This document shows positions 37,820 through 48,781 of a stretch of DNA of 64,000 nt, piece after piece. Below the pieces are notes generated by a model. The model saw only the letters and a list, made by a program, of their open reading frames with translations. It searched no databases and was not told the origin of the DNA. Source of the stretch: an uncultured Planctomycetota bacterium (GTDB lineage: Bacteria; Planctomycetota; PLA2; JAEUHO01); assembly GCA_963752285.1 (NCBI GenBank), contig CAVVXN010000001.1, positions 320,001-384,000 of the forward strand, read 5' to 3'. Position numbers and translations under genes: made by a program. How positions within the stretch are numbered: position 1 is the stretch's first letter; every line of letters begins with the position of its first letter.

Positions 37820-40800
37820 GTGAACGGCAAGTCGTCCCTCCTCCTCGCGCTCCTCCTCGCGGCGCTCGCTCCGCGCGCCGCGGGCGCGCCCCCGCCCGAG
37901 GCCGCACCCGCGGACCTCGTGTCACGGACGAAGGCACGCCTCGAGGCGCTGCTCGACGATCCCGATCGTGGCGTCCGCTACGCCGCGGTCGTGGCGTTCG
38001 GGAAGGCGGGAGGGGACGCGCCGATCCTCGCGCGGCGCCTCGGGGACGACGCCTGGTGCGTACGGCGCGAGGCGGGATGGTGGCTTCGACGCGCGCACCC
38101 GGATGGCTTCGACGCGCTCCACGCAGGCGTCGCCTCGGAGGATCCTCGCGTCCGAGCCACGGCCGCGTGGGCGCTCTCGGGGTTCGGGGGCCGCGCGGTG
38201 CCCGATCTCGCCCGGGCCCTCGAGGATCCGGTGGAGCCGGTGCGCCGCGAGGCCCTCGCGTCGCTGCGCCGCATCGGGTCGCCGGCTGCGGCCGCGGTCC
38301 CCGGGGTTCGTGCGCGCGTCGGCCAGCCGGACGCGTCCCCGGCCGAGCGCTACGAGGCCGCGCTGACGCTGGTCGTGCTCGCGCCCGACGCGTGCGCGGA
38401 CGCCGTGCCCGTGCTCGAGCAGAACGCCGGCGGTTCGAACTCGTGGGAGTGCGTCGCCGCGCTCCTCCGCGCGGGCCCGCCGGGCGAGAAGGTGCTCCAG
38501 GACCGCGCCCGCGCTCTGGCCAGCCCGCTCGCCGTGCTTCGGGACGGCCGGGGCTACTTCGCGCTGGGACCCGACGATGGGAGGGCGGGTACGCCGCCCG
38601 GTCGCGCGGCGGAGGACCGGGAGGACCTCCCGCCGCTCCGCGATCCCGCCTCGCACGTCGCGAGAGCCGGCACGCCCCTGGCGCGCCTCGCCTCGCCGGA
38701 CGCGAGCACCCGCGCCCGCGCGGCGCTCGAGCTCGGCGACGCGGGGGCCTCCGCCTCGACCTTCGCGCCGCTCCTCGACGACCCGGAGCGCGACGTCCGG
38801 ATCGCGGCCGCGTTTGCCCTCGGCCGTGCCACGGACGACGTGGTCACGCCGTTGCTCGGAGCGCTCGGTGACGAGAACCCCCGCGTCCGCTGGACCGCCA
38901 TCGAGAGCCTGGCGGGGCACGGCGCGGCGGCGCCTCGCGTCGCACCGTTCCTCGCCGACGAGAACCTCGTCATCTCCCACGCGGCCTACGAGTCCCTCGC
39001 GCGCGACGGCGCGTCCGCCGCCGTACCCGTCGCGGCCGCGCTCGCCACGGGCTCGTACGCGGCCGTCGAGTGGGCGCCGCGCGTGTTCGCCGTCCTGGGC
39101 CCGGAGGGCGCGGCCGCGACGGAAGGGCTCGCCCATCTCCTCTCGGTTCCCGACGAGAACGTCCGCGAGGCGGCCGCGCGATGCCTCCTTCGCATCGGCG
39201 CTCCGGCCCGCGCCGCGGTGCCCGCGCTCGTCCGAGCGCTCGCCGACGAGAGCCTCCCCGTCGCCTCGTGGGCGTCGATCGCACTGGGACAGACCGGTCT
39301 CGCCGAGGCGACGTTCGAGGCGCTCGCCGACCCGCGAGCGCAGGTCCGGGCCTACGCGGCGTGGGCCGCGGGCTGGGCGCTCGGCGCCGCGCGCGGCGTC
39401 GACCAGGTCCCCTTCGAGGTCGTGCTCCCCGTGCTCTCGACGCCGCGCTCGTCGTCGGCGCCCTCGCGCGCGGAGGTGGAGGCCGCCCTCGCGGAGCTGG
39501 CGGCCCGTGGATCGGAAGACGCACCTCGGGACGCGTCCGCCGCGCTCGCCGGCCAGGAGGTCCTCCTCCGCGCGATCTGGTCCGCCGACGCGGCCGTCGC
39601 GGCACGCGCCGCGAACGCGCTCCCCTACACCGAGCTCGACGAGGCCGAGGCGGAGCGCGTCGTGCAGGTCCTCCTCCCGGAGGGCCAGCGCCAGGACGCG
39701 GGCGTGGACTTCGGGAGTCTCCGGAAGACGCTCGGGAGCGCCGAGCTGCCGTCGCTCCTCTCGTACGTGACGCGCGCGACGCGGACGACGCCGCCCCGGA
39801 TCGACATCTACTCGAACTGCCACCGGATCTCGCGGGCCGACACGCTGCCCGCGCTGTACTACTTCGGTCGCGTGGAGGAGCCGGAGGCGCTTCAGGGGTG
39901 GTCGGATCTCTGGATGCCGGACGCCCACTCCGACCGCCACGCGCGCGTGCGTGCGGCCGACGCGGTCGGCTTCGATCCCGGTCCCGACGAGGCGGACATC
40001 CTCCGCGCCCTGCTCCGCTTCGACCTCGCCGGAGACGGCCCGGTCCTGCTGGGCTCGCTCGAGATCTGGCTGCTGGATCGGTTCCGCCCCGAGCCCGAGG
40101 ACGCCTCGCTCCTCCTCGAGGTCGCGCGTCGCGTCGACGAGTCCGGCGACTGGCACGGCGGGCACGGCGCGTACCTCGCGACGCTCCGCGCGATGGGGTA
40201 CCTCGACGACGCCGAGACGAGGTCCTACCTGGAGGAGGTGGCGGGACGGGACCCGGGAACGGACGCCGGCGGCGGCGAGGAGTCCACCCGCGCGGCCTGG
40301 CGGAGCGAGGCGTGCGACCTGGCGCGCGCGAGCCTCGCGCGGCGCGGCGATCCAGAGGCCCTCGAGACGCTCGTCGCGGGAAGCGGGAAGGGCGTCCGAG
40401 ACCTCGTGCTCCTCCTGGAGGTGGCTCCGGACCGCGCGTACGAGGAGATCCGAAGGCGACTCGAAGACCCCGAGGCGGCGACCGCGTGTCTCGACGACCT
40501 CGGCTCCATCGAGGACGAAGCCGTGATGCTCGGCGCCCACGTCTCCGAGTCCGCCTGGCTCGGGCTCGAGCCTGCGCTCGCCCGGACGCCGCCCCCCGCA
40601 CGCGTCCTCGCGCGGGTCGTGGTCACGGTCCCGCTCGCCCGGACGCGACGCCTCGGCGGGATCCTGTTCTCCGAGCTCGAGACGGCGGGGCCGTCGGCCT
40701 TCTACGGGCCGCTGCCGGCCCCGAGTCCCACGGCCCCGGACGAAGGAGTGGAGGACGGGCTCCTCGACGCGCTCGAAGCCGATCACGCCGTGGCGTTCCT

Positions 40801-41682
40801 CGCGAGCGTCGAGGCGGATCGCCTCCGCGCGCTGCTCCGCACCTGGGCCGCCCACGCGCCGGACGCCGTCCGCGACTGGGCGCGGAACACCCTCCTCCGG
40901 CTCGGCGATCCCGCGCGCGCGGCCGACGTCCTCGCGTGGTGCGAGACGGGGCTCGTCGACGGTCGGACCGATGCGTCCTGGCAGGTCGGCTGGCTCGCGC
41001 GGAGTGACGCGCCGGTCGTGCGGGCGTGGCTCCGCGCCCGAGCGACCTCCTCGGCCGAGGCGAAACGGAGCGCGACGAGGCGCTCTCGACCCTCGCCGCC
41101 GCCGAGGGATGGAAGCGTACGCTGCCCCGGGACGGCGACCTGCCGCCCGGGTGGGCGGACGCCGTGCTCGCCGACCGCATGGACGACGCCCGCGCGACGT
41201 CCCTCGCCTGGCCCGGTTGGCCTCCGGGACAGCGCGGCGACTTCGGAGGCGCCGCCCGGTTCCTGCGCCTGGGAGACCGTGCGCGAGAGGGCGACGCGCG
41301 GGCTCGGGCCGCGTTCTGGTCGGCGATGCGGTGCGGGCGCTACCGCTGGATCCACTACGAGTTCGACCAGGACCTCCACACCCTCGGGCACGACCCGTCC
41401 ACGCTCCCGCACTGGGTGCTCGACCTCGACAGCAACTGCTGCCGCATCAGCGACGGTCTCTCGGATGCCGGCTTCGAGCGCCCCTACCTCGACCCGGTGC
41501 CGTGGGACCGGCCCGTCCCCTACGACGCCGACCACTACGGCGTCGGATGTCCTCCCTCGCGGCACGTCCTCCGCGTGTTCCGCCTCGCCGGGGGCGCCTG
41601 GGTGTGGAGCCCGGTCCTGGACGAGGCGGACGGGACGACGGGGAGCGCCGAGCGCCGGACGTTCGTGCCTCGTCCCGAGTGA
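37820..41682 (+). CDS. Large exported HEAT-repeat protein; frameshifted at about 41063
   Basis: Signal peptide; many L.D.D..VR..AA HEAT repeats; natural-looking protein continues in the 41026..41682 frame (ERDEALSTLAAAEGW...SNCC). Confidence 0.75.
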
Positions 41683-41730
41683 CGCCCAGCCCGGTGCGTC
41701 GGCGAGCCGCCGTCGCTACCATGCCCGCCC

Positions 41731-43374
41731 ATGGTCGATGCGGTGGGAGAGGGGCCGGGGGGGAACGCCGCGGGCGAGGGGCTCGGGCGCCGGCGCGCCG
41801 AGATGGCCCGGCACGAGGTCGGCTTCGCGTCGGAGCTCCGGGGGTTCCTCCAGCGCCGGCTCCGTCTCGTGGTGGCCTTCCTCGGCGCGGCGAGCGGGGC
41901 TCTCTTCGTCGTGAGCCGGCTCGCCGACGCCGCCACCCACGGCTTCGTCTGGGCGAACCTCCTCCAGCCGGCGTCGCTGGTGCACCTCGGTGCGACGTGC
42001 CTGGCCGTTCCGATCTATCGACGCCTCCGCGGGAACCGGCTCGGCGCGCGGGCGCTCGCGTGGGCCGACGCGGCCATCGCGTCCCTGGTCATCGGCGCGT
42101 GCCTGGCCATCTACGCCCTCTCCTATCGGATCGGCGATCGGCAGCTCGTCCCGATCCTCGCGCTCCTCCTGATCGCGCGCCCGATCGTCCTCCCGAGCCG
42201 GGCGTGGCGGACGGTCGTCCTCTCGGCCCCCGCGCCGATCGGCATCCTCGCGATCCAGCTCGCGCACGGCGTCGTGTACACCGTGGACGGTTCCCCTTGG
42301 CCCGCGCAGGGCTACGTCGGCTACCTGCTGTGGGACCAGGCCACGATGCTGCTGGCCATCGCGCTCGCGGCGGGAGCGTCGCGCGTGCTGTACGAGCTCC
42401 GCGTTCGATCGTACGAGGCCGCCGAGCTCGGGCGCTATCGGATCGGGGGGCGGATCGGCGGCGGCGCGATCGGCGAGGTGTTCCGCGCGGAGCACGCGCT
42501 CATCCGGGCCCCCGTCGCCGTGAAGATCCTCCGTCCCGAGATCGCGGGCGAGAGGAACCTCGAACGGTTCGAGATGGAGGTGCGGCGCACGAGCCTCCTC
42601 ACGCACCCGAACACCGTCCGCATCTTCGACTTCGGCCTGACCGCGGACGGCCGCTTCTACTACGCGATGGAGCTCCTCGATGGTGCGGACCTCGAGCGCC
42701 TGGTCGAGGTCACCGGTCCCCTGCCGGCGTCGCGCGTGATCCACGTGCTGACGCAAGCGTGCGGTGCGCTCGGTGAAGCGCACGCGACGGGGCTCGTGCA
42801 CTGCGACGTGAAGCCCGCGAACCTCCTGCTCTGCCGCCGCGGCGGTCGCTACGACGTGTTGAAGGTCCTCGACTTCGGCCTGGCCCGGAACGTCCGTGGC
42901 CGCGAAGACCCGGACGACGACGACGGCGCGGTCTTCGGGACGCCGATGACGATGGCGCCCGAGGTGATCCGCGGCGAGGCGGTCGGTCCCGCCGCCGACC
43001 TGTACGCGCTCGGCGCCGTCGGGTACTACCTGGCGACGGGTACGCACCCGTTCTCCGGGCAAAGCGTGGGCGAGGTCCTGTCCCAGCACGTTCGAACGGA
43101 GCCGGAGTCGCCCACGTCCCGGCGCGCCGGCGTCCCCGCCGACCTCGCGTCCTGCCTCCTGAGCTGCCTCGCGAAGGACCCGGCGGACCGACCGGCGGGC
43201 GCCGGGCCCCTCGCCCGGATGCTCGGCGCGTGCGCCGACGCGGGGGGATGGACGGACGACGACGCGGCGTCCTGGTGGCGGGCGAACGCCTCACGCATCG
43301 AGGGCGTGGTCCCCTCGCTGTCGACGGGGGCCGTGGCGCCCGCGGCGGCTCCGAGCCGTGGGGCCGGACGGTAG
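41731..43374 (+). CDS. Membrane-anchored Hanks-type Ser/Thr protein kinase
   Basis: Multiple N-terminal TM helices; IGGGAIGEV, VAVK, HCDVKPAN, DFGLA, GTPMTMAPE, DLYALG. Confidence 0.92.
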   Translation: MVDAVGEGPGGNAAGEGLGRRRAEMARHEVGFASELRGFLQRRLRLVVAFLGAASGALFVVSRLADAATHGFVWANLLQPASLVHLGATCLAVPIYRRLRGNRLGARALAWADAAIASLVIGACLAIYALSYRIGDRQLVPILALLLIARPIVLPSRAWRTVVLSAPAPIGILAIQLAHGVVYTVDGSPWPAQGYVGYLLWDQATMLLAIALAAGASRVLYELRVRSYEAAELGRYRIGGRIGGGAIGEVFRAEHALIRAPVAVKILRPEIAGERNLERFEMEVRRTSLLTHPNTVRIFDFGLTADGRFYYAMELLDGADLERLVEVTGPLPASRVIHVLTQACGALGEAHATGLVHCDVKPANLLLCRRGGRYDVLKVLDFGLARNVRGREDPDDDDGAVFGTPMTMAPEVIRGEAVGPAADLYALGAVGYYLATGTHPFSGQSVGEVLSQHVRTEPESPTSRRAGVPADLASCLLSCLAKDPADRPAGAGPLARMLGACADAGGWTDDDAASWWRANASRIEGVVPSLSTGAVAPAAAPSRGAGR

Positions 43375-43386
43375 GATCCCCCGGCG

Positions 43387-44049
43387 ATGCGCGTCGAGAC
43401 GACCTCCACCGTTCGGAGCCCGACCCGCGCGGACCCCGTCCACGTCGCTCTTCTGGTGTCCGCGCTCGTCGTCTTCGTGTGGTCCGGGCTCTTCCCCAAG
43501 AGCCGGTTCACGTGGATCTCCGAGACGTTTCCGGCCGTGATCGGGGGGGCGATCCTCGTGTTCACGTACCGGCGCTTCCGGTTCACGACGACGACGTACG
43601 TGCTCGTGTGGGTCTTCGCGCTGATCCTCGTGTGCGGCGGGCACTGGACGTACGCCGAGGTCCCGTTCGGGAGCTGGGCGCGCGACGCCTTCCACCTCTC
43701 CCGGAACCACTTCGACCGGGTGGGCCACTTCTTCCAGGGCGTCGTGCCCGCGGTACTCGTCCGCGAGCTCCTCGTCCGCACGACGCCGCTTCGCTCGCCA
43801 CGGTGGACGTCCTTCCTCGGCGTCGCCGTGGCCCTCGCGATCAGCGCCGCGTACGAGATCTTCGAGTGGCGCTACGCCGTCCAGTTCGGAGGCGAGGCGG
43901 CGACCGACTTCCTCGGGAGCCAGGGCGACCCGTGGGACGCGCAGGCCGACATGACGATGGCGCTCCTCGGCGCCGTGACGAGCCTGCTCCTGCTCGCGCG
44001 GTTCGGTCGGCCGCTCGTCCCGGCCGCCGGGGGGCCTCGGGAGCCGTAG
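43387..44049 (+). CDS. DUF2238 (YjdF) family membrane protein
   Basis: GGHWTYAEVP, RNHFDRVGHF, YEIFEW, FLGSQGDPWDAQADM. Confidence 0.88.
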   Translation: MRVETTSTVRSPTRADPVHVALLVSALVVFVWSGLFPKSRFTWISETFPAVIGGAILVFTYRRFRFTTTTYVLVWVFALILVCGGHWTYAEVPFGSWARDAFHLSRNHFDRVGHFFQGVVPAVLVRELLVRTTPLRSPRWTSFLGVAVALAISAAYEIFEWRYAVQFGGEAATDFLGSQGDPWDAQADMTMALLGAVTSLLLLARFGRPLVPAAGGPREP

Positions 44050-44068
44050 CGCCGGCGGGACCGGGAGG

Positions 44069-44419
44069 CTACGACGCGGGGCGCTCGATCTGGCGGAGGA
44101 TCCAGCGCGGGGCCGCGCCGCGGCGGCCGCCGCGTTCGCCCGAGAGCGTCACGATCGCGCCGCACGCGGTCCGCGCGCGCGTCACGTGGCGACGCACGTA
44201 CGTCTCGTCGCTTCCCGAGTGGCACGGTCCCACCTCGCGGTCCGCGGGTCCGAGCACCTCGACGACGTCGTACGTGCGACCGCGCCAAAGAAAGCGCCTG
44301 GGAATCCCCGGCTCGCCGCGCGCCATCGCGGCGGCGTCGAAGCGCCCCGTCTCGACCTCGACGGGCTCGAGGACCGTCTCGACGTGCAGGGGACGCGGCG
44401 CTACGGGCACGCCGGACAT
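44069..44419 (-). CDS. DUF6504-like small protein
   Basis: FDAAAMARGEPGIPRRFLWRGRTY...YVRRH. Confidence 0.65.
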   Translation of the reverse strand: MSGVPVAPRPLHVETVLEPVEVETGRFDAAAMARGEPGIPRRFLWRGRTYDVVEVLGPADREVGPCHSGSDETYVRRHVTRARTACGAIVTLSGERGGRRGAAPRWILRQIERPAS

Positions 44420-44550
44420 CCTATCCGTCAGCGAACGGCAGGGCCCGCGAGGCCCGCCACCCGGCGGTTCCGCCTCTCGTACGTCCCATGGGCCTCCTGG
44501 AGGGGTGGCTCGGCCGCGCCGGGGGCCGGGTTCGGTTCCCCTGCGGGCCG

Positions 44551-45549
44551 TCACCGGAGGGGGGCGCGGAGGCCGATCGCCGAGAGGAGGATCCCCGCGG
44601 GAAGCGTCAGGAGCCGCCCGCCGCCGCGCCGCCGTGACCACCAGCAGCGGACCGCGAGCTGGCGCACGTACACGCGCAGCCACGGCCGGCGGGGGTGGCG
44701 CTCCACGTCGAGACGAAACCCGCCGTCCGGGCCGACCTCGACGCGGTGGAGCTCGAACGGACCGCGTGTGAGCGCGAGACCGTGCACGTCGCCGCCGTGC
44801 GCGTTCACGACGTACCGCACGCCGTTCACCTCGCGGTCGTAGGCCTCGTGGAGGTGCCCGCACACCACGAGGAGCGGCGGGCGGCGCTCGAGCGTCGCGA
44901 CCAGCCCGGCGAGGTCCGTGTCCGGCGGCGCGTCCGGGAGGTCCACGCGGCGCGGGGGCCGGTGGCAGACGGCGATCCACGGACCCGGCGTGGCGGCGAG
45001 CGTCTCCTCGAGCCACACCGACCACGCCTCGTACGCGCGCGGCACGGCGTCGTCGATGCCCACCACGGCGAGCACCCCGAGCCGCACGACCCAGCTCGGC
45101 GGCCCGAACCGGGCCGAAAACAGCTCGTAGCCCGCGGCGGGGTCGCGCACCCGGCGGGGGAAGAGGTCGTGGTTGCCCGGCACGACGCGGATCGGGGTCT
45201 CGATCCCGGCGTGCGCGAACGCGTCGAGGAGCGTGCCGTAGTAGGGCGCCTCGCCGTGGGCCACGAAGTCGCCGCTCGAGACCAGGAGGTCGGCGGGGCG
45301 GGCGGCGAGCGCCGCCGCGAGGGGGCGGACCACGTCGGCCACGCCGCGCTGCACGTCGCCGAGGAACGCGATCCGCACCAGGCCGCTGGGCCCGGGGCCG
45401 GCGGGCTCGGCCGAGAAGCACGGCGGCGCGGCGACGCGGCCGACGCGGACCGCCCACCAGGCGCCGGCCTCCACGACGAGGCCCCCGCCCAGCCAGAGCA
45501 AGGCGACGAGGAGGAGAAGCTCGGGCAAGAGCGTGATCTGCGCCGGCAC
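44551..45549 (-). CDS. Membrane-anchored calcineurin-like metallophosphoesterase
   Basis: GDVQ, GDFV, PGNHD, CHRPP, CGHLH; N-terminal TM helix. Confidence 0.8.
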   Translation of the reverse strand: MPAQITLLPELLLLVALLWLGGGLVVEAGAWWAVRVGRVAAPPCFSAEPAGPGPSGLVRIAFLGDVQRGVADVVRPLAAALAARPADLLVSSGDFVAHGEAPYYGTLLDAFAHAGIETPIRVVPGNHDLFPRRVRDPAAGYELFSARFGPPSWVVRLGVLAVVGIDDAVPRAYEAWSVWLEETLAATPGPWIAVCHRPPRRVDLPDAPPDTDLAGLVATLERRPPLLVVCGHLHEAYDREVNGVRYVVNAHGGDVHGLALTRGPFELHRVEVGPDGGFRLDVERHPRRPWLRVYVRQLAVRCWWSRRRGGGRLLTLPAGILLSAIGLRAPLR

Positions 45550-45672
45550 GGGCGGGAGTGTACGGGCGGTGACCCGACCTCGGCCGGCGCGGTCCGGCGC
45601 GACGATCCGGCCTCCCGGCCGACGCCCCGACGAAGGGGGCGCCGGGGGGCGCCGCGGGTAGGGTTTCCCCCC

Positions 45673-46434
45673 GTGCCCGACGGCCTGCCCCCGCCGCCCG
45701 ACCTTTCGCTCGTCGTCCCGGTCCACGACGAGGAGGGGAACCTCCACGCCCTCTGGGACGAGATCCGCGGGCTCCTCGACGGGCTCGGGGAGACCGTCGA
45801 GGTGATCTTCGTGAACGACGGGTCCTCGGACGGGAGCGGGCGCATGCTCGACGAGATCCGGGCCACGGACCCGCGCGTCCGGGTTCTCGACCACGACCGG
45901 AACCACGGGCTCACCGCCGCGCTCGACTGCGGGTTTCGCCACGCGCGGGGCGCGGTGATCGGCATGCTCGACGCCGATCTCCAGAACCCGCCCGGGGAGA
46001 TCGCGCGCCTGCTCCCCGCCCTCGCCGAGGCCGACATGGTGATCGGTTGGCGGAAGGATCGGGACGACCCCTTCGTGAAGCGGGTCTCCTCGAAGATCGC
46101 GAACGCCTATCGGAACCGCCGCACGAGAGAGCACGTGCACGACACGGGCTGCGGTCTCAAGGTGTTCCGTCGCGAGGTCCTCGACCGGGTGAAGCTCTAC
46201 GACGGGCTCCACCGCTTCCTCCCCACGCTGGCGCGGATGGAGGGTTTCCGGGTGGCCGAGGTGGTGGTGAAACACCGACCGCGCGCGAGCGGCCGGAGCC
46301 ACTACGGCATCTGGAACCGGCTCGGGAAGGGCCTCGCCGACGTCCGCGCGATCCGCTGGATGTGGCGGAACCACCTCACGTGGAAGGCCGTCGAGCGCCC
46401 GCCGATCCCGCGCGGGCCGGAGAGGGCGCCTTGA
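45673..46434 (+). CDS. GT2 polyprenyl-phosphate glycosyltransferase (ArnC/DPM-like)
   Basis: VVPVHDEEGN, VNDGSSD, LDADLQNPP, DTGCGLK, HRFLP. Confidence 0.88.
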   Translation: MPDGLPPPPDLSLVVPVHDEEGNLHALWDEIRGLLDGLGETVEVIFVNDGSSDGSGRMLDEIRATDPRVRVLDHDRNHGLTAALDCGFRHARGAVIGMLDADLQNPPGEIARLLPALAEADMVIGWRKDRDDPFVKRVSSKIANAYRNRRTREHVHDTGCGLKVFRREVLDRVKLYDGLHRFLPTLARMEGFRVAEVVVKHRPRASGRSHYGIWNRLGKGLADVRAIRWMWRNHLTWKAVERPPIPRGPERAP

Positions 46435-47081
46435 TCCACGTCCTCCTCGCCTTCCAGGTGTGGGACGCGTTCGGCTGGGTGGGGCAGGTGCTCTTCACGC
46501 TGCGCGTCGTCCACCAGTGGTACCAGTCGGAGCGCGCGGGCCAGAGCCACGTGACCGCCGCGTTCTGGTGGTACTCGCTCGCCGGGACGGTCGCGAGCCT
46601 GGTCTACGTCGTGTACCGCCAGGATCCCGTGTTCATCTCGGGGTTCCTCGTGAACGGGTTCCTCTACGCGCGGAACCTGTCGCTCTCCCGGCCGTCGCGC
46701 GAGGGCCGGCGCCGCGGGAGCCCCGTCGCTCCGCTGCTGCTCGGCCTCGTCGTGTTCGGCGCGGTGACGGTGTGGTCGGTCGCGCAAAACGACCGCATCG
46801 TCTCGTACGACCATCCTCTCGCGTGGCTCGTGGTGGGTTTCACCGGCCAGGTGCTCTGGACGAGCCGCTTCCTCGTGCAGTGGTACGTGAGCGAGCGGCT
46901 GGGGCGGAGCGTGCTCCCGCCGGTGTTCTTCTGGATCAGCCTCGCCGGCGCGCCGTTCCTCTTCGCGTGGGCGGTCTACCGGGTGGACTGGGTGATGATG
47001 GCGGCCTACGCCCTGAACCCGCTCCCGTACGTCCGAAACCTCGTGCTCCTCCGGCGCGAGCGCGAGGCCACGACGGCGTGA
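46431..47081 (+). CDS. Tandem LAB_N (lipid A biosynthesis N-terminal) domain membrane protein
   Basis: Two copies of G..GQ.LF/W..R...QW..SE....S.....FW..SLAG. Confidence 0.85.
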   Translation: MIHVLLAFQVWDAFGWVGQVLFTLRVVHQWYQSERAGQSHVTAAFWWYSLAGTVASLVYVVYRQDPVFISGFLVNGFLYARNLSLSRPSREGRRRGSPVAPLLLGLVVFGAVTVWSVAQNDRIVSYDHPLAWLVVGFTGQVLWTSRFLVQWYVSERLGRSVLPPVFFWISLAGAPFLFAWAVYRVDWVMMAAYALNPLPYVRNLVLLRREREATTA

Positions 47082-48733
47082 GCCCGCGCGCGGCCCCGCG
47101 CGTCGCCCTCCTCGCCACGGCGCTCGCCGACCCGCTCGCGCCGGCCGCGCGGAGGCCCGCCGGCCGTGCGGTGTTCGCGCTCCTCCTCGTGTTCGCCGCG
47201 TTCTGGGACCTCGGCGGCCGGAGCCTCCACGACCTCGACCTCCCGCGCTTCGCCGTGATCGCCGAGGAGACGGTCGCGACCGGCTCCTGGCTCGTGCCGC
47301 CGCAGTACGGCGAGGCGTACGCGAACAAGCCGCCGCTCTACCCCTGGCTCGTCGCGGTCCCGACCGCGATCGCGGGCGAGGCGACGCCGCTCGGGACCCG
47401 TTGGCCGTGTGCGCTCGGGTTCCTCCTCCTCGCCTTCGCGACCGCCGCGTGGGCGCGCCACCGGACCGGTTCGGCCGCGGCGGGACGCGTCGCGGCGCTG
47501 CTCGTCGCGACCACGTACGTCGTCGTGCTGCTCCGTCGCGAGAGCCGGCCCGACATGCTCGCGACGGGACTCTCGGTCGCGGGTGCGTTCCTCGTGGACC
47601 GCGCGGCGTCCGGCCGGGGACGTCCGCGGGACGCCCTCGGGGCGGGGCTCGTGCTCGGCCTCGCGGTGCTCGCGAAGGGCCCCGCGACGCTCCTCCTCCC
47701 CTTCGCGGCGTGGCTTCTCCCCTCCGAGGGCCGTTCGACCCGCGCGCGGTTCCTGGCGGCGCGCCCGCTCGTCGTCCTCTCCCTGCTCCTCCTCGTCGTC
47801 CTCGCGTGGCTCGTGCCGGCCGCGATCGTCTCGGGGCCGGCGTGGACGCGGGCGCTCGTCGTGGACCAGGTGGCGAGCCGCCTCGCGGGCACCGCGAACA
47901 AGGTCGAGCCGGCGACGTACTACCTGGTTCGGTTCCTCGACGCCGGGCTCCCCTGGACCTGGCTCTACCTCGCCGCGTTCGCGCTGCCGTTCACCCGGGC
48001 CGGCCGCCGCGCGCTCGCGCCCGTGCTCTCGCTGGTCGGCGCGGCCGCCGTGACGCTCGCCGTCTTCTCGCTCGTCCCCACGAAGCAGGTGCGCTACGTC
48101 GCGGCCGTGTTCGCGCCGCTCGCCGTGGTCGGCGGGCATCTCGTCGCGCGTCACCTCCTCGGTCCCGCACGGCCCGGGTGGACCCGCTTTCGCGCCCACC
48201 TGCGCGTCGCGTCGGTGCCGGTGGCCGCGGGCCTCGTCGCGGCCGGCGCGTTCGTCCGCGGTGCGCCCCCTTTGCTGCTCCTCCCGGTCGCGCTGGTCCT
48301 CGCGGTCTCGTTCGGACTCGCGCCGTCCCCCGTCGATCCCCGCGGTGCCCGTCGCGCGTCCGTGGGGTCGCTGCTCGTGCTCGGGGTCGTCCTCCTCTCG
48401 GCCGCCGGGATCCTCCGCGACCGCTTCCGCGTGCGGGAAGGCGATCGCTTCCAGAACGACCTCGAGGTGCTCGGCCTCACGGACCGGCCGTTCGTGGTGG
48501 TGTCGCCCCTCGTGCCCGACCGCGTCTGGCCCGCGGTGCGCGGCGCGAGGATCGCGTCCGGTCCCGAGGCCGTGCCCCCTTCGCGCGACCGGCCCCGACT
48601 CGACGTGCTCTGCCTCGGCGAGGACCGCGCCGCCGTGGAGCACGCGCGCGGCGACGACGCGCGGCTCCTCGGCCGATGGCCCGAGGCGGCGCGCGGCGAG
48701 GGCGTCGTCCTGCTCCGGTTCGGGGGCGGGTAG
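47078..48733 (+). CDS. ArnT/PMT-like (GT83/GT39) glycosyltransferase
   Basis: DLPRFA..AEE, YANKPPLYPWL, RPDML, LAKGPA, PTKQVRY; many TM helices. Confidence 0.82.
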   Translation: MSPRAAPRVALLATALADPLAPAARRPAGRAVFALLLVFAAFWDLGGRSLHDLDLPRFAVIAEETVATGSWLVPPQYGEAYANKPPLYPWLVAVPTAIAGEATPLGTRWPCALGFLLLAFATAAWARHRTGSAAAGRVAALLVATTYVVVLLRRESRPDMLATGLSVAGAFLVDRAASGRGRPRDALGAGLVLGLAVLAKGPATLLLPFAAWLLPSEGRSTRARFLAARPLVVLSLLLLVVLAWLVPAAIVSGPAWTRALVVDQVASRLAGTANKVEPATYYLVRFLDAGLPWTWLYLAAFALPFTRAGRRALAPVLSLVGAAAVTLAVFSLVPTKQVRYVAAVFAPLAVVGGHLVARHLLGPARPGWTRFRAHLRVASVPVAAGLVAAGAFVRGAPPLLLLPVALVLAVSFGLAPSPVDPRGARRASVGSLLVLGVVLLSAAGILRDRFRVREGDRFQNDLEVLGLTDRPFVVVSPLVPDRVWPAVRGARIASGPEAVPPSRDRPRLDVLCLGEDRAAVEHARGDDARLLGRWPEAARGEGVVLLRFGGG

Positions 48734-48781
48734 CCCGCGCGGTCGCGCGGGGTAGACTCCGCGACCCACGGAGGTTTTCGC

